From Spirochaetia bacterium (lineage in GTDB: Bacteria; Spirochaetota; Spirochaetia; SZUA-6; Bin103), in NCBI GenBank assembly GCA_965198005.1, contig CBDAOI010000004.1:1728001-1792000 (forward strand): 64,000 nt of DNA, given 5' to 3'. The translations under genes were made by a program, and so were the position numbers. Within the stretch, counting starts at the first letter, position 1. Each line of letters starts with the position of its first letter. The notes beneath the pieces were generated by a model. The model ran no database searches. It was not told the DNA's origin and saw nothing but the letters and a program-made list of their open reading frames with translations. Of the stretch, positions 1-8,845 are shown one piece after another.

Positions 1-1107
1 CGCGACGATCCAGGCGGTCTGCATCAGGCCGAAGATGCTGCCGAACTGGCGCATGCCGAACGCCTCCTGCACCACCAGCACCAGCAGCGCCCCGAACCCG
101 CCGAAGCCGGTCGCGAACACCACGATGCCCACCCAGGTCCCCGGCACGCCCGGCGCCAGGGCGATGATGGTGAGTCCCGCCGCCTGCAAGCCGATCGACA
201 CCACGCACGCCCAGCGCGCCGTCCAGCGCTCGCTCGCCCGCCCGAACGCCAGCTTGGAGCCGATCCCCATGACCGCGATCAACACCAGCCCGGCGGTCGC
301 GGCCGGCGCGGCGAAGCCGCTCTCCTCGAAGTGCTGGCGGAGCTGGGTCAGGACCCCCTGGTAGGTGAAGTTGCCGCCGACCAGCCCGCCCAGCACCAGC
401 CAGAAGCGGCGCGTGCGCAGCGCCTGCCGCAGGGTCGCACCGGACCGCGCCAAGTGGTGGGCGGCGGCCGCATGGCCGCGTCCGGCGGCGGCCATCGCGC
501 GGCTCACCAGGGCAGGATCCTCGCGGATGGTGATCCAGGCGGCGGCGGCCAGCAGCAGCATGATCGTCCCGAACACCAGGTAGCCCGCCTGCCAACCACC
601 GGTGGCCAGCACCAGCGCTGCCAGCGGCGCCATCGTCAGGCCGCCGAAGTTGTTGCCGGCCGCGACCGCGCCGGTCACCCGGCCGCGCGTGTCCGGGAAC
701 CAGAGCCCCACCAGCTTGCCGGTCGGCAGCGCGGTCGCGCCAGGGAAGCCGGCGTAGATCAGAACGCTGCTGAGATACCAGTGCCACAGCGCCGTCATCT
801 GCGTCCGCAGCAGGAAGCCGCCGGCGATCAGGAACAGCGAGATGGTGGTGACCGGACGCACGCCCCAGCGGTCGCTGGCGCGGCCCGCCAGCGGCGCCAC
901 GATGCCCGACACGAGCGCCAGGGTCAGGGCGAGGTTGAGCTGGGTCTGGGTCCAGCCGAACTGGGCGCGCAATGGCGCCGCGAACTCCCCGAACGCGTAC
1001 TGGCTGGTGCCGATGGTGAGCCCGGTGGAGAGAAACACCACCAGTGCGACGGGAACGCCGCGGTAGATCGTCATCGCCGCGGGCCCGGCAGGCGCGCGCC
1101 GGTGCAT
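1..1107 (-). CDS. MFS transporter (3' end runs off the window)
   Basis: Manual minus-strand translation from ATG 1074 (or in-frame ATG 1107): MTIYRGVPVALVVFLSTGLTIGTSQYAFGEFAAPLRAQFGWTQTQLN...AGRASDRWGVRPV. This contains MFS motif A (GxxxDRxGxR) and hydrophobic helices. Confidence 0.85.
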   Translation of the reverse strand, partial: MHRRAPAGPAAMTIYRGVPVALVVFLSTGLTIGTSQYAFGEFAAPLRAQFGWTQTQLNLALTLALVSGIVAPLAGRASDRWGVRPVTTISLFLIAGGFLLRTQMTALWHWYLSSVLIYAGFPGATALPTGKLVGLWFPDTRGRVTGAVAAGNNFGGLTMAPLAALVLATGGWQAGYLVFGTIMLLLAAAAWITIREDPALVSRAMAAAGRGHAAAAHHLARSGATLRQALRTRRFWLVLGGLVGGNFTYQGVLTQLRQHFEESGFAAPAATAGLVLIAVMGIGSKLAFGRASERWTARWACVVSIGLQAAGLTIIALAPGVPGTWVGIVVFATGFGGFGALLVLVVQEAFGMRQFGSIFGLMQTAWIVA

Positions 1108-1128
1108 CCCCGAACCTGAGAATGCCGC

Positions 1129-2469
1129 GTGCTGCGCTGCGTGGGCGGGGTCATTCCGGGTCCCCGCACTTTGCCAGAACTCCGCCGGCGTGGCAATGTA
1201 AGGGTCACCTTGAGCACTACCCCGGAACCCGATCTTGAGCGTGCGCAACGGCTGGTCATGGAACTGATGGCAATCCCGGGCAAGAGCGGCAGCGAAGCCG
1301 CCGTAGCGCGGGCCATCGCCGGCCACCTGCGCGCGGCCGGCGTGCCGGAGGCCATGATCGTCACCGACCACGCCCATCGCCGCACCCGGATTGCCGGCGA
1401 CATCGGCAACCTCGTGCTGCGGCTCCCCGGCAGCAGGCGCGGACCGAGCCGCCCGCGCCGCCTGCTGGCGGCGCACATGGACACGGTGCCGATCTGCGTC
1501 GGCTGCACGCCGGTGCGCCGCGGGCGCAGCGTGCGGGCCGAGAGCCGCGCCACCGGTCTCGGCGCCGACAACCGCGCGGCGTGTGCGGTGCTGCTGTGCG
1601 CGGCGCTGGAGATCCACCAGCGGCAACTGCCGCATCCGCCGGTCACCTTCTGCTGGTTCGTGCAGGAGGAGGTCGGCCTGCAGGGTTCCCGGTACGCCGC
1701 CAAGGCGTTCCTCGGTCACCCGCGCCTGGCCTTCAACTGGGACGGCCACAGTCCGGAAGCGCTGATGGTGGCCGCCACCGGCGCCTACCGCATCCACCTG
1801 GAAATCCGCGGCGTGGCCAGCCATGCCGGCAGCGCGCCCGAACGCGGCGTGAGCGCCATCGCGATCGCGGCGCGGGCCATTGCGGACCTCGACCGCGCCG
1901 GCTGGCACGGCAAGATCGAGCAGGAAGGCGGCTCCGGCACCAGCAACGTCGGCGTGCTGCGCGCCGGCGAGGCCACCAACGTGGTCGCCGACCTGGCCCG
2001 CGTGGAGGCGGAGGTACGCAGCCACGACCCCGAGTTTCGGCGGCGCATTGCCGACGAAGTCGACCGCGCATTCAGGCGGGCGGCCGCGCAGGTGACCAAC
2101 GCCGCCGGTGTGGCGGGGCGGGTGAAGATCACCACCCGGCACGACTACGAGTCGTTCAAGCTCGACCTCGACGAGCCGTGCGTGGCCGCGGCCGCGGCCG
2201 CGGTGCGCTCCGCCGGCGGCCGCCCCGGCTACCACGTCGCCAACGGCGGCCTGGACGCCAACTCGCTGACCGTGCGCGGCATCCCGACCGTCACGCTCGG
2301 GGTCGGCCAGCGCGCGGCGCACACGGTGCGGGAGAGCCTTGACCTCGACGACTTCGACTTGGCCTGCCGGGTGGCGCTGCGCCTGGCCACCGCGACCGCA
2401 GCGCAAGCAGTGGGCGCCCCCGCCGCGCCGGCACCGCCACCATCACCAGCCGCGGAACGGCGGCAGTGA
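1129..2469 (+). CDS. M20/M25/M40 family metallopeptidase (peptidase T-like); true start may be near 1198-1260
   Basis: Motifs AHMDTV, LGADNRAA, QEEVGLQG, HAGSAPERG, GGLDAN and HTVRE. Confidence 0.9.
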   Translation: MLRCVGGVIPGPRTLPELRRRGNVRVTLSTTPEPDLERAQRLVMELMAIPGKSGSEAAVARAIAGHLRAAGVPEAMIVTDHAHRRTRIAGDIGNLVLRLPGSRRGPSRPRRLLAAHMDTVPICVGCTPVRRGRSVRAESRATGLGADNRAACAVLLCAALEIHQRQLPHPPVTFCWFVQEEVGLQGSRYAAKAFLGHPRLAFNWDGHSPEALMVAATGAYRIHLEIRGVASHAGSAPERGVSAIAIAARAIADLDRAGWHGKIEQEGGSGTSNVGVLRAGEATNVVADLARVEAEVRSHDPEFRRRIADEVDRAFRRAAAQVTNAAGVAGRVKITTRHDYESFKLDLDEPCVAAAAAAVRSAGGRPGYHVANGGLDANSLTVRGIPTVTLGVGQRAAHTVRESLDLDDFDLACRVALRLATATAAQAVGAPAAPAPPPSPAAERRQ

Positions 2470-2490
2470 CAGCGGGCGGAGTGGGCTGTT

Positions 2491-3360
2491 CTACACCGTT
2501 CGCTCGGCGCCGAGACGCCCGCCACCGCCCCTGAGCCGCGGGTCGAGCAGGTCCCGCACCGCGTCGCCGAACATGTTGAGACAGTACACGACAACCGTCA
2601 GGCACAGCCCCGGCCACAGCGCCAGCCGCGGCGCCACCTCCATGAACTCGCGCCCTTCCCGGCTCAGCATCCCGCCCCAGCTCGGAACCGAGATCGGCAG
2701 TCCGAATCCCAAAAAGCTCAGCGCAGCCTCGCTGATGATCACACCCCCCACGTTGATCGTGAAAATGATGATCACCGGGGCGGCGATATTGGGCAGCACG
2801 TGGCGCATGAGGGTTCTCCACCTGGTGCTGCCGATCGCCTCTGCCGCCTGAAAATAGATGTTCTCCTTTACCCCGATCACCGCACCGCGGACCACTCTCG
2901 AGGCGCCAATGCCGCCCGTTACCCCCAGCACCACGATGATCTGCGGCACGCCCCGCCCCACCAGCGACATTATCGTGAGCAACAGCAGCAGCCCCGGGAA
3001 CGCCATCCAGGCGTCGACGAATCTCTGCACCGCCAGGTCCAGTTTGCCGCCAAAGAACCCCGAGATGCCGCCGATCAGCACCGCCACCACGACGTTGACC
3101 GTGGTCGCCGCCAGGCCGACGGTCAGCGAAATCCGGGCCCCGAAGACCAGGCGGCTCAGCAGGTCGCGCCCCAACTGGTCGGTCCCCAGCAGGTACCGGG
3201 CCGAGGGGGCCTGCATCCGGTCCACGATGTTCACTTCATCATGCGGGAACGGCGCCAGCACGTCGGCAAGGATCGCCACCAGGATCAGAAGCAGGATGAT
3301 AACCCCGGCGATGATGCTCAGTGGCTTCTCCTTGACCAGTCTGACAAAGAAATCATTCAT
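2491..3360 (-). CDS. Peptide/nickel ABC transporter permease (DppC/OppC type), intact
   Basis: LLGTDQLGRDLLSRL, EAA loop (QAAEAIGS), HVLPN, PSWGGML and GDAVRDLLDPR. Confidence 0.93.
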   Translation of the reverse strand: MNDFFVRLVKEKPLSIIAGVIILLLILVAILADVLAPFPHDEVNIVDRMQAPSARYLLGTDQLGRDLLSRLVFGARISLTVGLAATTVNVVVAVLIGGISGFFGGKLDLAVQRFVDAWMAFPGLLLLLTIMSLVGRGVPQIIVVLGVTGGIGASRVVRGAVIGVKENIYFQAAEAIGSTRWRTLMRHVLPNIAAPVIIIFTINVGGVIISEAALSFLGFGLPISVPSWGGMLSREGREFMEVAPRLALWPGLCLTVVVYCLNMFGDAVRDLLDPRLRGGGGRLGAERTV

Positions 3361-3632
3361 AGCGCACTCTGGGGTCCAGGATACCATAGATCAGGTCGAT
3401 GAGCAGATTGATCACCACCACCCCGGTGGCGAACAGGTTGATGCCGGAGACCATCGGATAGTCTCGGTCATTGAGGGCAGTCAGCAACAGGCGCCCGAGT
3501 CGCGGCAGGTTGAAGATGTTCTCCATGATCACGGCGCCCCCCACCAGGATCGACAACTGCAGGCCGATCAGGGTCACCACCGGGATCAGGGCATTCTTGA
3601 CGGCGTGCCGGATCACCACCGCCCGCTCCCTG
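3353..3632 (-). pseudogene. DppB/OppB permease, 3' fragment only
   Basis: RHAVKNALIPV...MENIFNLP...DYPMV...LDPRVRYE; homology to the other DppB copies stops abruptly at about 3632. Confidence 0.85.
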
Positions 3633-3689
3633 ACGCCAACTGACGTACGTCATCAACCTCCGCCAGGGGGGGGGTCACTATCACTGCCG

Positions 3690-3946
3690 GTTTCCATTTC
3701 ACAGTCCACGTACGAGCAAATGGTAGAGGGGTGGGCTCAAGACTACTTTGGTGGCCCTGCAGGAGGCGGCGGCGGTTCATACTACGCAAACCAAGGCACC
3801 TACTGGAGCGACACCTTCCTGAGGGCAGCGTTCTATCAGTACCACGCAGGAACATGACGGTCGGCGACCTCTCTGACCGGCTTGGGATGAAGGCGGACAC
3901 CGTGACCCGCTTCGAGGATTATCTGCTCAAGCGAACCGCGGGATGA
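3690..3946 (+). pseudogene. C-terminal fragment of an ImmA/IrrE-type metallopeptidase, frameshifted
   Basis: GGGSYYANQGTYWSDTFLRAAFYQYHAG / NMTVGDLSDRLGMK resembles the C-terminus of XRE-ImmA/IrrE proteins; frameshift at about 3852; its stop overlaps a DUF4411-like start. Confidence 0.55.
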
Positions 3947-4014
3947 TCTACGTGGCCGATACAAGTGCTCTGATGGTCCTCAGGAACTACTACCCCGCCA
4001 CCTTCCCATCCCTG
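3943..4014 (+). pseudogene. N-terminal stub of a DUF4411/PIN-like protein
   Basis: MIYVADTSALMVLRNYYPATFPSL, a PIN-type N-terminal D motif, followed by unrelated sequence. Confidence 0.55.
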
Positions 4015-4397
4015 GCCCCAAGCTGCGAAGATCTGGAAAGCCATCCGGTTGCTCCAACAGAAGGCGCTCGAGTGAAGTCCCCGGCCACGCCGCTTCGCCA
4101 ACGGTCGCCCCGGCGAATACATGGCGTGCTTCTCGGAGCCAGCTCTACGGGACCACCTAACTCGGTACACTTCGCCGACTCGGTCTGCGGTGCCCTGGCG
4201 CCGCTTCGGGCTGACCGGCCAAGTCACGCCCATACCCACCCCCGGCGCTCGTCGACCTGGTCGGCCGCGTTTCCGGGCGCGCCTCCGGAATAGCCGCCGG
4301 GCTAGCGGCGCGCGGTAGTCGGGTAGTCGGGTAGTCGGCGCTAGCCGGGGGCTGGGCTGGGTCATGTCGTCACCCATACACCTGCAGCTTAGTTACG

Positions 4398-4492
4398 CTA
4401 AAGATCGCCACGAGCATCAACAGCAGGATGACGACCCCGGCGATGATGCTCAGAGGCTTCTCCTTGACCAGCCTGCGCAAGAACTCAGTCAT
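4398..4492 (-). pseudogene. DppC permease 5' stub (about 31 codons)
   Basis: MTEFLRRLVKEKPLSIIAGVVILLLMLVAIF, homologous to the start of 2491..3360, then cut. Confidence 0.8.
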
Positions 4493-5444
4493 AGCGGACC
4501 CTGGGGTCCAGGACGGCGTAGAGCACGTCGATGAGCAGATTGATCACCACCACCCCAGTGGCGAAGAACAGGTTGATGCCGGAGACCATCGGGTAGTCTC
4601 TGTCGTTGAGGGCATTCAGCAGGAGGCGCCCGAGCCCCGGCAGGTTGAAGATGTTCTCCATGATCACGGCGCCCCCGACCAGGATCGGCAACTGCAGGCC
4701 GATCAGGGACACCACCGGGATGAGGGCGTTCTTGACGGCGTGTCGGATCACCACGGCCCGCTCCCTGAGCCCCTTGGACCAGGCGGTTCGAATATAGTCC
4801 TGCCTCAGCACCTCCAGCATCATGGTGCGCGTCATCCGCATGGTGGCGGCAGCCGCGGCCGTTCCCAGAATCAGGCTCGGGATCAGGAACCCCCAGAGAT
4901 TCTCCAGCGGGTCTTCGGTAAAGGAAACCAGCTCCAGCGGTGGTGACCAGCCCCACCAGATGGCCGGGTAGATCATGACCATGATGCCGAGCCAGAAGTT
5001 CGGCGTAGCCAGGCCGATGATGGCGACCGAGCGCCCCAGAAAGTCGGCGGCGCTATCCTGGCGAATCGCCGAGTAGATGCCCACCGGCAGCGCGATCACC
5101 AGCCCGATGAGGATTGCCAGCAGACCAAGCTCAAGGGTGACCGGCAGTCTCTCTAATATCGCCTCCCCTACTGCGAAACCAGTCAGCAGGGACTCGCCGA
5201 GAGAGCCGTGCAGGACAATATCGCCGATCCAGCGTCCATACTGCACGTACACAGGCACGTCCAATCCCAGCTTATGGAGAAGAGCTTCCCGGTCAACTCC
5301 GCCCGGTGCTGTCCACATAATCCTACCTTGTATCGTGTCTATTACATCGCCGGGGATGAAACGGACAGAGAGAAAGACCAGGATGGTCAAGATGAACAGC
5401 GTGGGCAGAATCAGCAACAGCCGCCTAATGATATAGGCTTTCAT
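4485..5444 (-). CDS. Peptide/nickel ABC transporter permease (DppB/OppB type)
   Basis: MKAYIIRRLL, LGLDVP..QY, RLPVTLEL, DYIRTAWSKG and LDPRVRY. Confidence 0.93.
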   Translation of the reverse strand: MKAYIIRRLLLILPTLFILTILVFLSVRFIPGDVIDTIQGRIMWTAPGGVDREALLHKLGLDVPVYVQYGRWIGDIVLHGSLGESLLTGFAVGEAILERLPVTLELGLLAILIGLVIALPVGIYSAIRQDSAADFLGRSVAIIGLATPNFWLGIMVMIYPAIWWGWSPPLELVSFTEDPLENLWGFLIPSLILGTAAAAATMRMTRTMMLEVLRQDYIRTAWSKGLRERAVVIRHAVKNALIPVVSLIGLQLPILVGGAVIMENIFNLPGLGRLLLNALNDRDYPMVSGINLFFATGVVVINLLIDVLYAVLDPRVRYD

Positions 5445-5469
5445 GCGGACACCTCGTTTTCAATGAGCA

Positions 5470-5518
5470 AGGGAGCCGGGAAGCGCGCTCGCATGCGAAA
5501 CGGGCGCCTCCCAGCTCC
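5470..5518 (-). promoter_or_regulatory. GC-rich intergenic stem-loop between the SBP and permease genes
   Basis: ggagccgggaagcgc...gggcgcctcccagctcc; an equivalent hairpin lies at 12913-12965. Confidence 0.5.
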
Positions 5519-5548
5519 ACTTTGACTGAGATCGGTAGAGGCGAACCC

Positions 5549-7324
5549 CTAAAAGCCCATTTCTCTCTTCAGATCCTGGTCAATCCAGAGGCGGGCGAAG
5601 ACTGGGAGCCGTTGACCGTTTCCCATCCAGTTTTCACCGTTATAACCTTTGAGCCAGGGCTGGGTTACCTGATACGTTGGCGCATTGCCAGCCCATATCG
5701 CATAGAAGTTCTCTATCACATGCTGATTCATCTGTCTATAAATCCTGTTCTGCTCCTCGGTGGTGGTAGCGGCTCCGGCGGCTTCAGACATGGCATCATA
5801 ATCCGCGTCGGCGTTAACGGAGCCGTAAAATCCAGCCTCCGTCAGCTGGCCACTCAAGTATGGCATTGGGAACCACTTTGCGGCGCCGGACAAATTCTTT
5901 ATTTGGAAATCCTTCGCTCTGCTTCTCGCCACCCATGGGTTTATAGGCAGTACCTCGATCTCAATATCAACGCCAATCTTTTTCCAGTATGAACCGACTA
6001 ATTCTGGCCAGGTCACAGAATACCGATTGAGGTGCATGAACTCGACCGTGAATCTGGTACCGTCGGCGCCGCGAGGATATCCGGCCTCATCGAGCAACGC
6101 TTCGGCACCTTCCGGGTCGTAGTCGAAGACCTTCTTGACATCTTCGGGCCACTCTTCAAATTGGAAGACAACCTCGGTCATTAACCGGTTCAACAGCCCC
6201 TGAGGTATCATATCTGCATAATCTCCAAAGTAGGCGCTGTTGATTTCCTCGAGGTTTAGTGCCATCTGCATTGCCTTGCGCACCCTGATGTCGTTAAAGG
6301 GCGGATTAATGTTGTCCATGCCGAACATGTAATCCGCCCGACCGTAAATTGGCCAGATCTCGAGTTCGGGGTTGGTCCTCTCGAGGCCCTCTACCTGGTC
6401 GATAGTCCTCAATGTGTATCCACGATCGACCTTACCGGTGCGCAGCGCCGACAGCATTGTGGCCACTTCGGGCATAATCAGGACCCTTATCTGGTCGGCA
6501 TAGGGCAGGCGGTTCTCCGGATATTTTTCGTCGAAGCCCCAGTAGTCAGGATTCTTGGTATATGTCTCAGAGCTGGCCCCGACCCATTCAGTCGCCTCAT
6601 AAGGCCCGGTGCCGACCAGGTTCCGCCAATCGAGCATGTCACGGTGTTCCTGGAGTACCTCGGGGGGATATATGTTAGAAATCCAGTGGTCGAGGACAAG
6701 CCGCAGCGCAGTGAGGCTTAGCTGTTTCAACTTGAACTCAACCGTCCACTGGTCGGTGGCCGTTATCGATTCAAATTCGACACCGGCCCAGTCTTGAAGC
6801 CATTCGCTAGCTTCGGTGAATCCGCTGCCCATACCAAATACGCGGTGAAAGTTAAATACGATATCATCGGCAATCAGCTCCCGACCGTTCATCGGTGCCT
6901 TGTCGTGCCAGTGAACTCCCTGGCGGACGTTTATGACGAGGGTCAGTGGGTCGGGCTGCGACCAGCTTTCCGCCAGTTGACCTCTCGTGTTAGCTGGAAC
7001 GTTGAGAAACTGGAAGTCAAATTCGTCCCTGGGCGTTGCCCAGTCCGCGAAGGCCAGCTTCTCTACTACGCCAGAGACCATGCCAGATCCATTGGGGCCA
7101 GATTCCGCGGTGTCAGAACTCATCTGCTCTTCGACTGCGGCGAGGGTTATGGTCCCGCCGTACTCTGGCGCGGTCACCATCTTGCCGGTGGTCGGGTCGA
7201 GCACCATTTCCTTGTCGGCGGCGGACGCCGACTCCTCTTCTGCGCCAGCGGCCCACAGGCCGGTTGCGGTAACGACGAGGACCAACGCAATCGCGAAGGT
7301 CATTCTGATTATTACAATGTTCAT
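5549..7324 (-). CDS. ABC transporter substrate-binding protein, family 5 (DppA/OppA-like)
   Basis: Signal peptide ending LWAAGAEE; PEYGGT, LAESW, VRQGVHWHD, VGTGPY, DIRVRKAMQMALN and YDPEGAEALLDEAGY. Confidence 0.92.
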   Translation of the reverse strand: MNIVIIRMTFAIALVLVVTATGLWAAGAEEESASAADKEMVLDPTTGKMVTAPEYGGTITLAAVEEQMSSDTAESGPNGSGMVSGVVEKLAFADWATPRDEFDFQFLNVPANTRGQLAESWSQPDPLTLVINVRQGVHWHDKAPMNGRELIADDIVFNFHRVFGMGSGFTEASEWLQDWAGVEFESITATDQWTVEFKLKQLSLTALRLVLDHWISNIYPPEVLQEHRDMLDWRNLVGTGPYEATEWVGASSETYTKNPDYWGFDEKYPENRLPYADQIRVLIMPEVATMLSALRTGKVDRGYTLRTIDQVEGLERTNPELEIWPIYGRADYMFGMDNINPPFNDIRVRKAMQMALNLEEINSAYFGDYADMIPQGLLNRLMTEVVFQFEEWPEDVKKVFDYDPEGAEALLDEAGYPRGADGTRFTVEFMHLNRYSVTWPELVGSYWKKIGVDIEIEVLPINPWVARSRAKDFQIKNLSGAAKWFPMPYLSGQLTEAGFYGSVNADADYDAMSEAAGAATTTEEQNRIYRQMNQHVIENFYAIWAGNAPTYQVTQPWLKGYNGENWMGNGQRLPVFARLWIDQDLKREMGF

Positions 7325-7427
7325 ACGTTTCTCCGTATGTGGATTTTTCGAGAGTATTGCGGAGCGGATTGCCGCTTTCTGGCTACTCTCATGCCCGCGT
7401 TGCAGGCGGCCAGACCGAGTCCAATCT

Positions 7428-7477
7428 GCACGTGCGCGCGGCGTGTAACTCAGCGGGCTCACGCCGCGCGCACGTGC
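7428..7477. repeat. Perfect 18-bp inverted repeat (REP-like hairpin)
   Basis: gcacgtgcgcgcggcgtg (7428-7445) and cacgccgcgcgcacgtgc (7460-7477), 14-nt loop. Confidence 0.85.
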
Positions 7478-8289
7478 GGTTGTTTGAGTACCATGTGCAC
7501 CTCCTGTGCGCCGGGAATACCGGCAGGGTTGTAATGGATGTGATTGACCGGCAACGCCGGCGGTTGGTTCTGCGACGGTGTGTCGTGGTCGGGGATGCAG
7601 TGGACTGAGCCGGCGCCACGCGGAGCCGGCCGCTCCCCCGGTGCTGCAGGCGAAGCCGCAGTTCTCGGTGAACGGGTAGTGGTGGTGGTAGGATGCACCG
7701 GCTGCGTTACCGCTAACCGGTGGGAGCGCTGGGACGTGTCGTCACGCATCACCGTGCCCATGAGAACGCAGTCTGCCACACGCGCGGCAAACAGTCAAGC
7801 GGGCATTCAGGTGGCCCCCGCCAGCCGGTAGGAACTCTCCCACACGATCGCCTCATGCCTCGCGCCGCGGCCACTCACCGAGACTAACAGCACAATGAGT
7901 ATTGTAAGGCTTATTCCGGTGGTTGTCAAACCTAAATTCGGTGACGTGGATGGGACCCGTTCGACATCTGCTTCCCTCGCGCCCCCTTCCGAAGAGCTAT
8001 CTGCTTACTCTGTCATGGAATACCGAACACTGCCCGCGTCCCTGTCATCCCCCGAACACTTTCGGTCGATTGCCCGGTGAGGTGTCGTCGGAGGTGGCGG
8101 TAAGCGACCGGGCACAGGCAGCGTCGTGGGGTCAGCTGGCAGGGCGCGCCGGTTGACCCACACCGGCGCCCAGGGTGGAGCCGTGCAGCAAGCGCCTGCC
8201 GGCGGCGCAGGGAGCACACCAGTCCCCCTGCCAGGTCTCCCGGCGCGGTTACCCGAACGCGGTACGCGCGGTACCCGGTCCGACGCAGC

Positions 8290-8490
8290 CGACCGCGGCG
8301 CAGCCCTTCGATATCCTGGTACAGGCTGGTGTGATCCTCCGGTTTGGCCACCAGCAGAAACGAGCAGCGGGCGGCGCGCACCTGTTCGATAACGGTTGCT
8401 TGGAGTACAGACTATCGGCGACGATCACCGCAGCCAGCCGGGGATGGTCGTTACGGATGCGCTGCACGGCACGGTAGCCGGCGTCGCTCA
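8290..8490 (-). mobile_element. DDE transposase fragment (ISNCY/IS4-like), frameshifted
   Basis: RIRNDHPRLAAVIVADSLYSKQP / FLLVAKPEDHTSLYQDIEGLR, with the second catalytic D in an ADxxY context. Confidence 0.6.
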
Positions 8491-8519
8491 ACACCGGGAA
8501 GTCCGGTGCACCGCCTTTG

Positions 8520-8820
8520 TGTGTATATCTGTCATGGCGAAGAGCTCTTCACTTGCGTGGGAGAACGGCAGGTGACCGACATCGTGACACAGCGCTGCCA
8601 TCCGCAAGACTCGTCGCCAGTATGACAACTTATCCGGCGATGTGAGCGGCTTCAGGAGCCTCTTGATGTCATCAGTCAGATTGTCGGGGTGTGTCACGAC
8701 ATCGAACACGCGACTGGCAAGCTCCATTACGCCAAGCGAGTGTTCAAATCTCTTGTGCGTAGCCCCCGGGTACACCAGATCCGTTAGCGCCAGTTGGTGG
8801 ATGTGCCGCAATCGCTGCCT
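8520..8820 (-). pseudogene. HD-domain dNTP triphosphohydrolase-like protein, N-terminal fragment
   Basis: QRLRHIHQLA..VYPGATHKRFEHSLGV...AALCHDVGHLPFSH; truncated at both ends. Confidence 0.85.
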
Positions 8821-8845
8821 TCCTGACCGGCCGTGGGGTGGACCG

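Noticed and set aside
331-1119. Long plus-strand ORFs here, and similar ones such as 9718..10665, 28502..29812 and 60785..62341
   Set aside because: These are antisense or alternate-frame shadows of real genes in high-GC DNA, with low-complexity R/G/A/P-rich translations.
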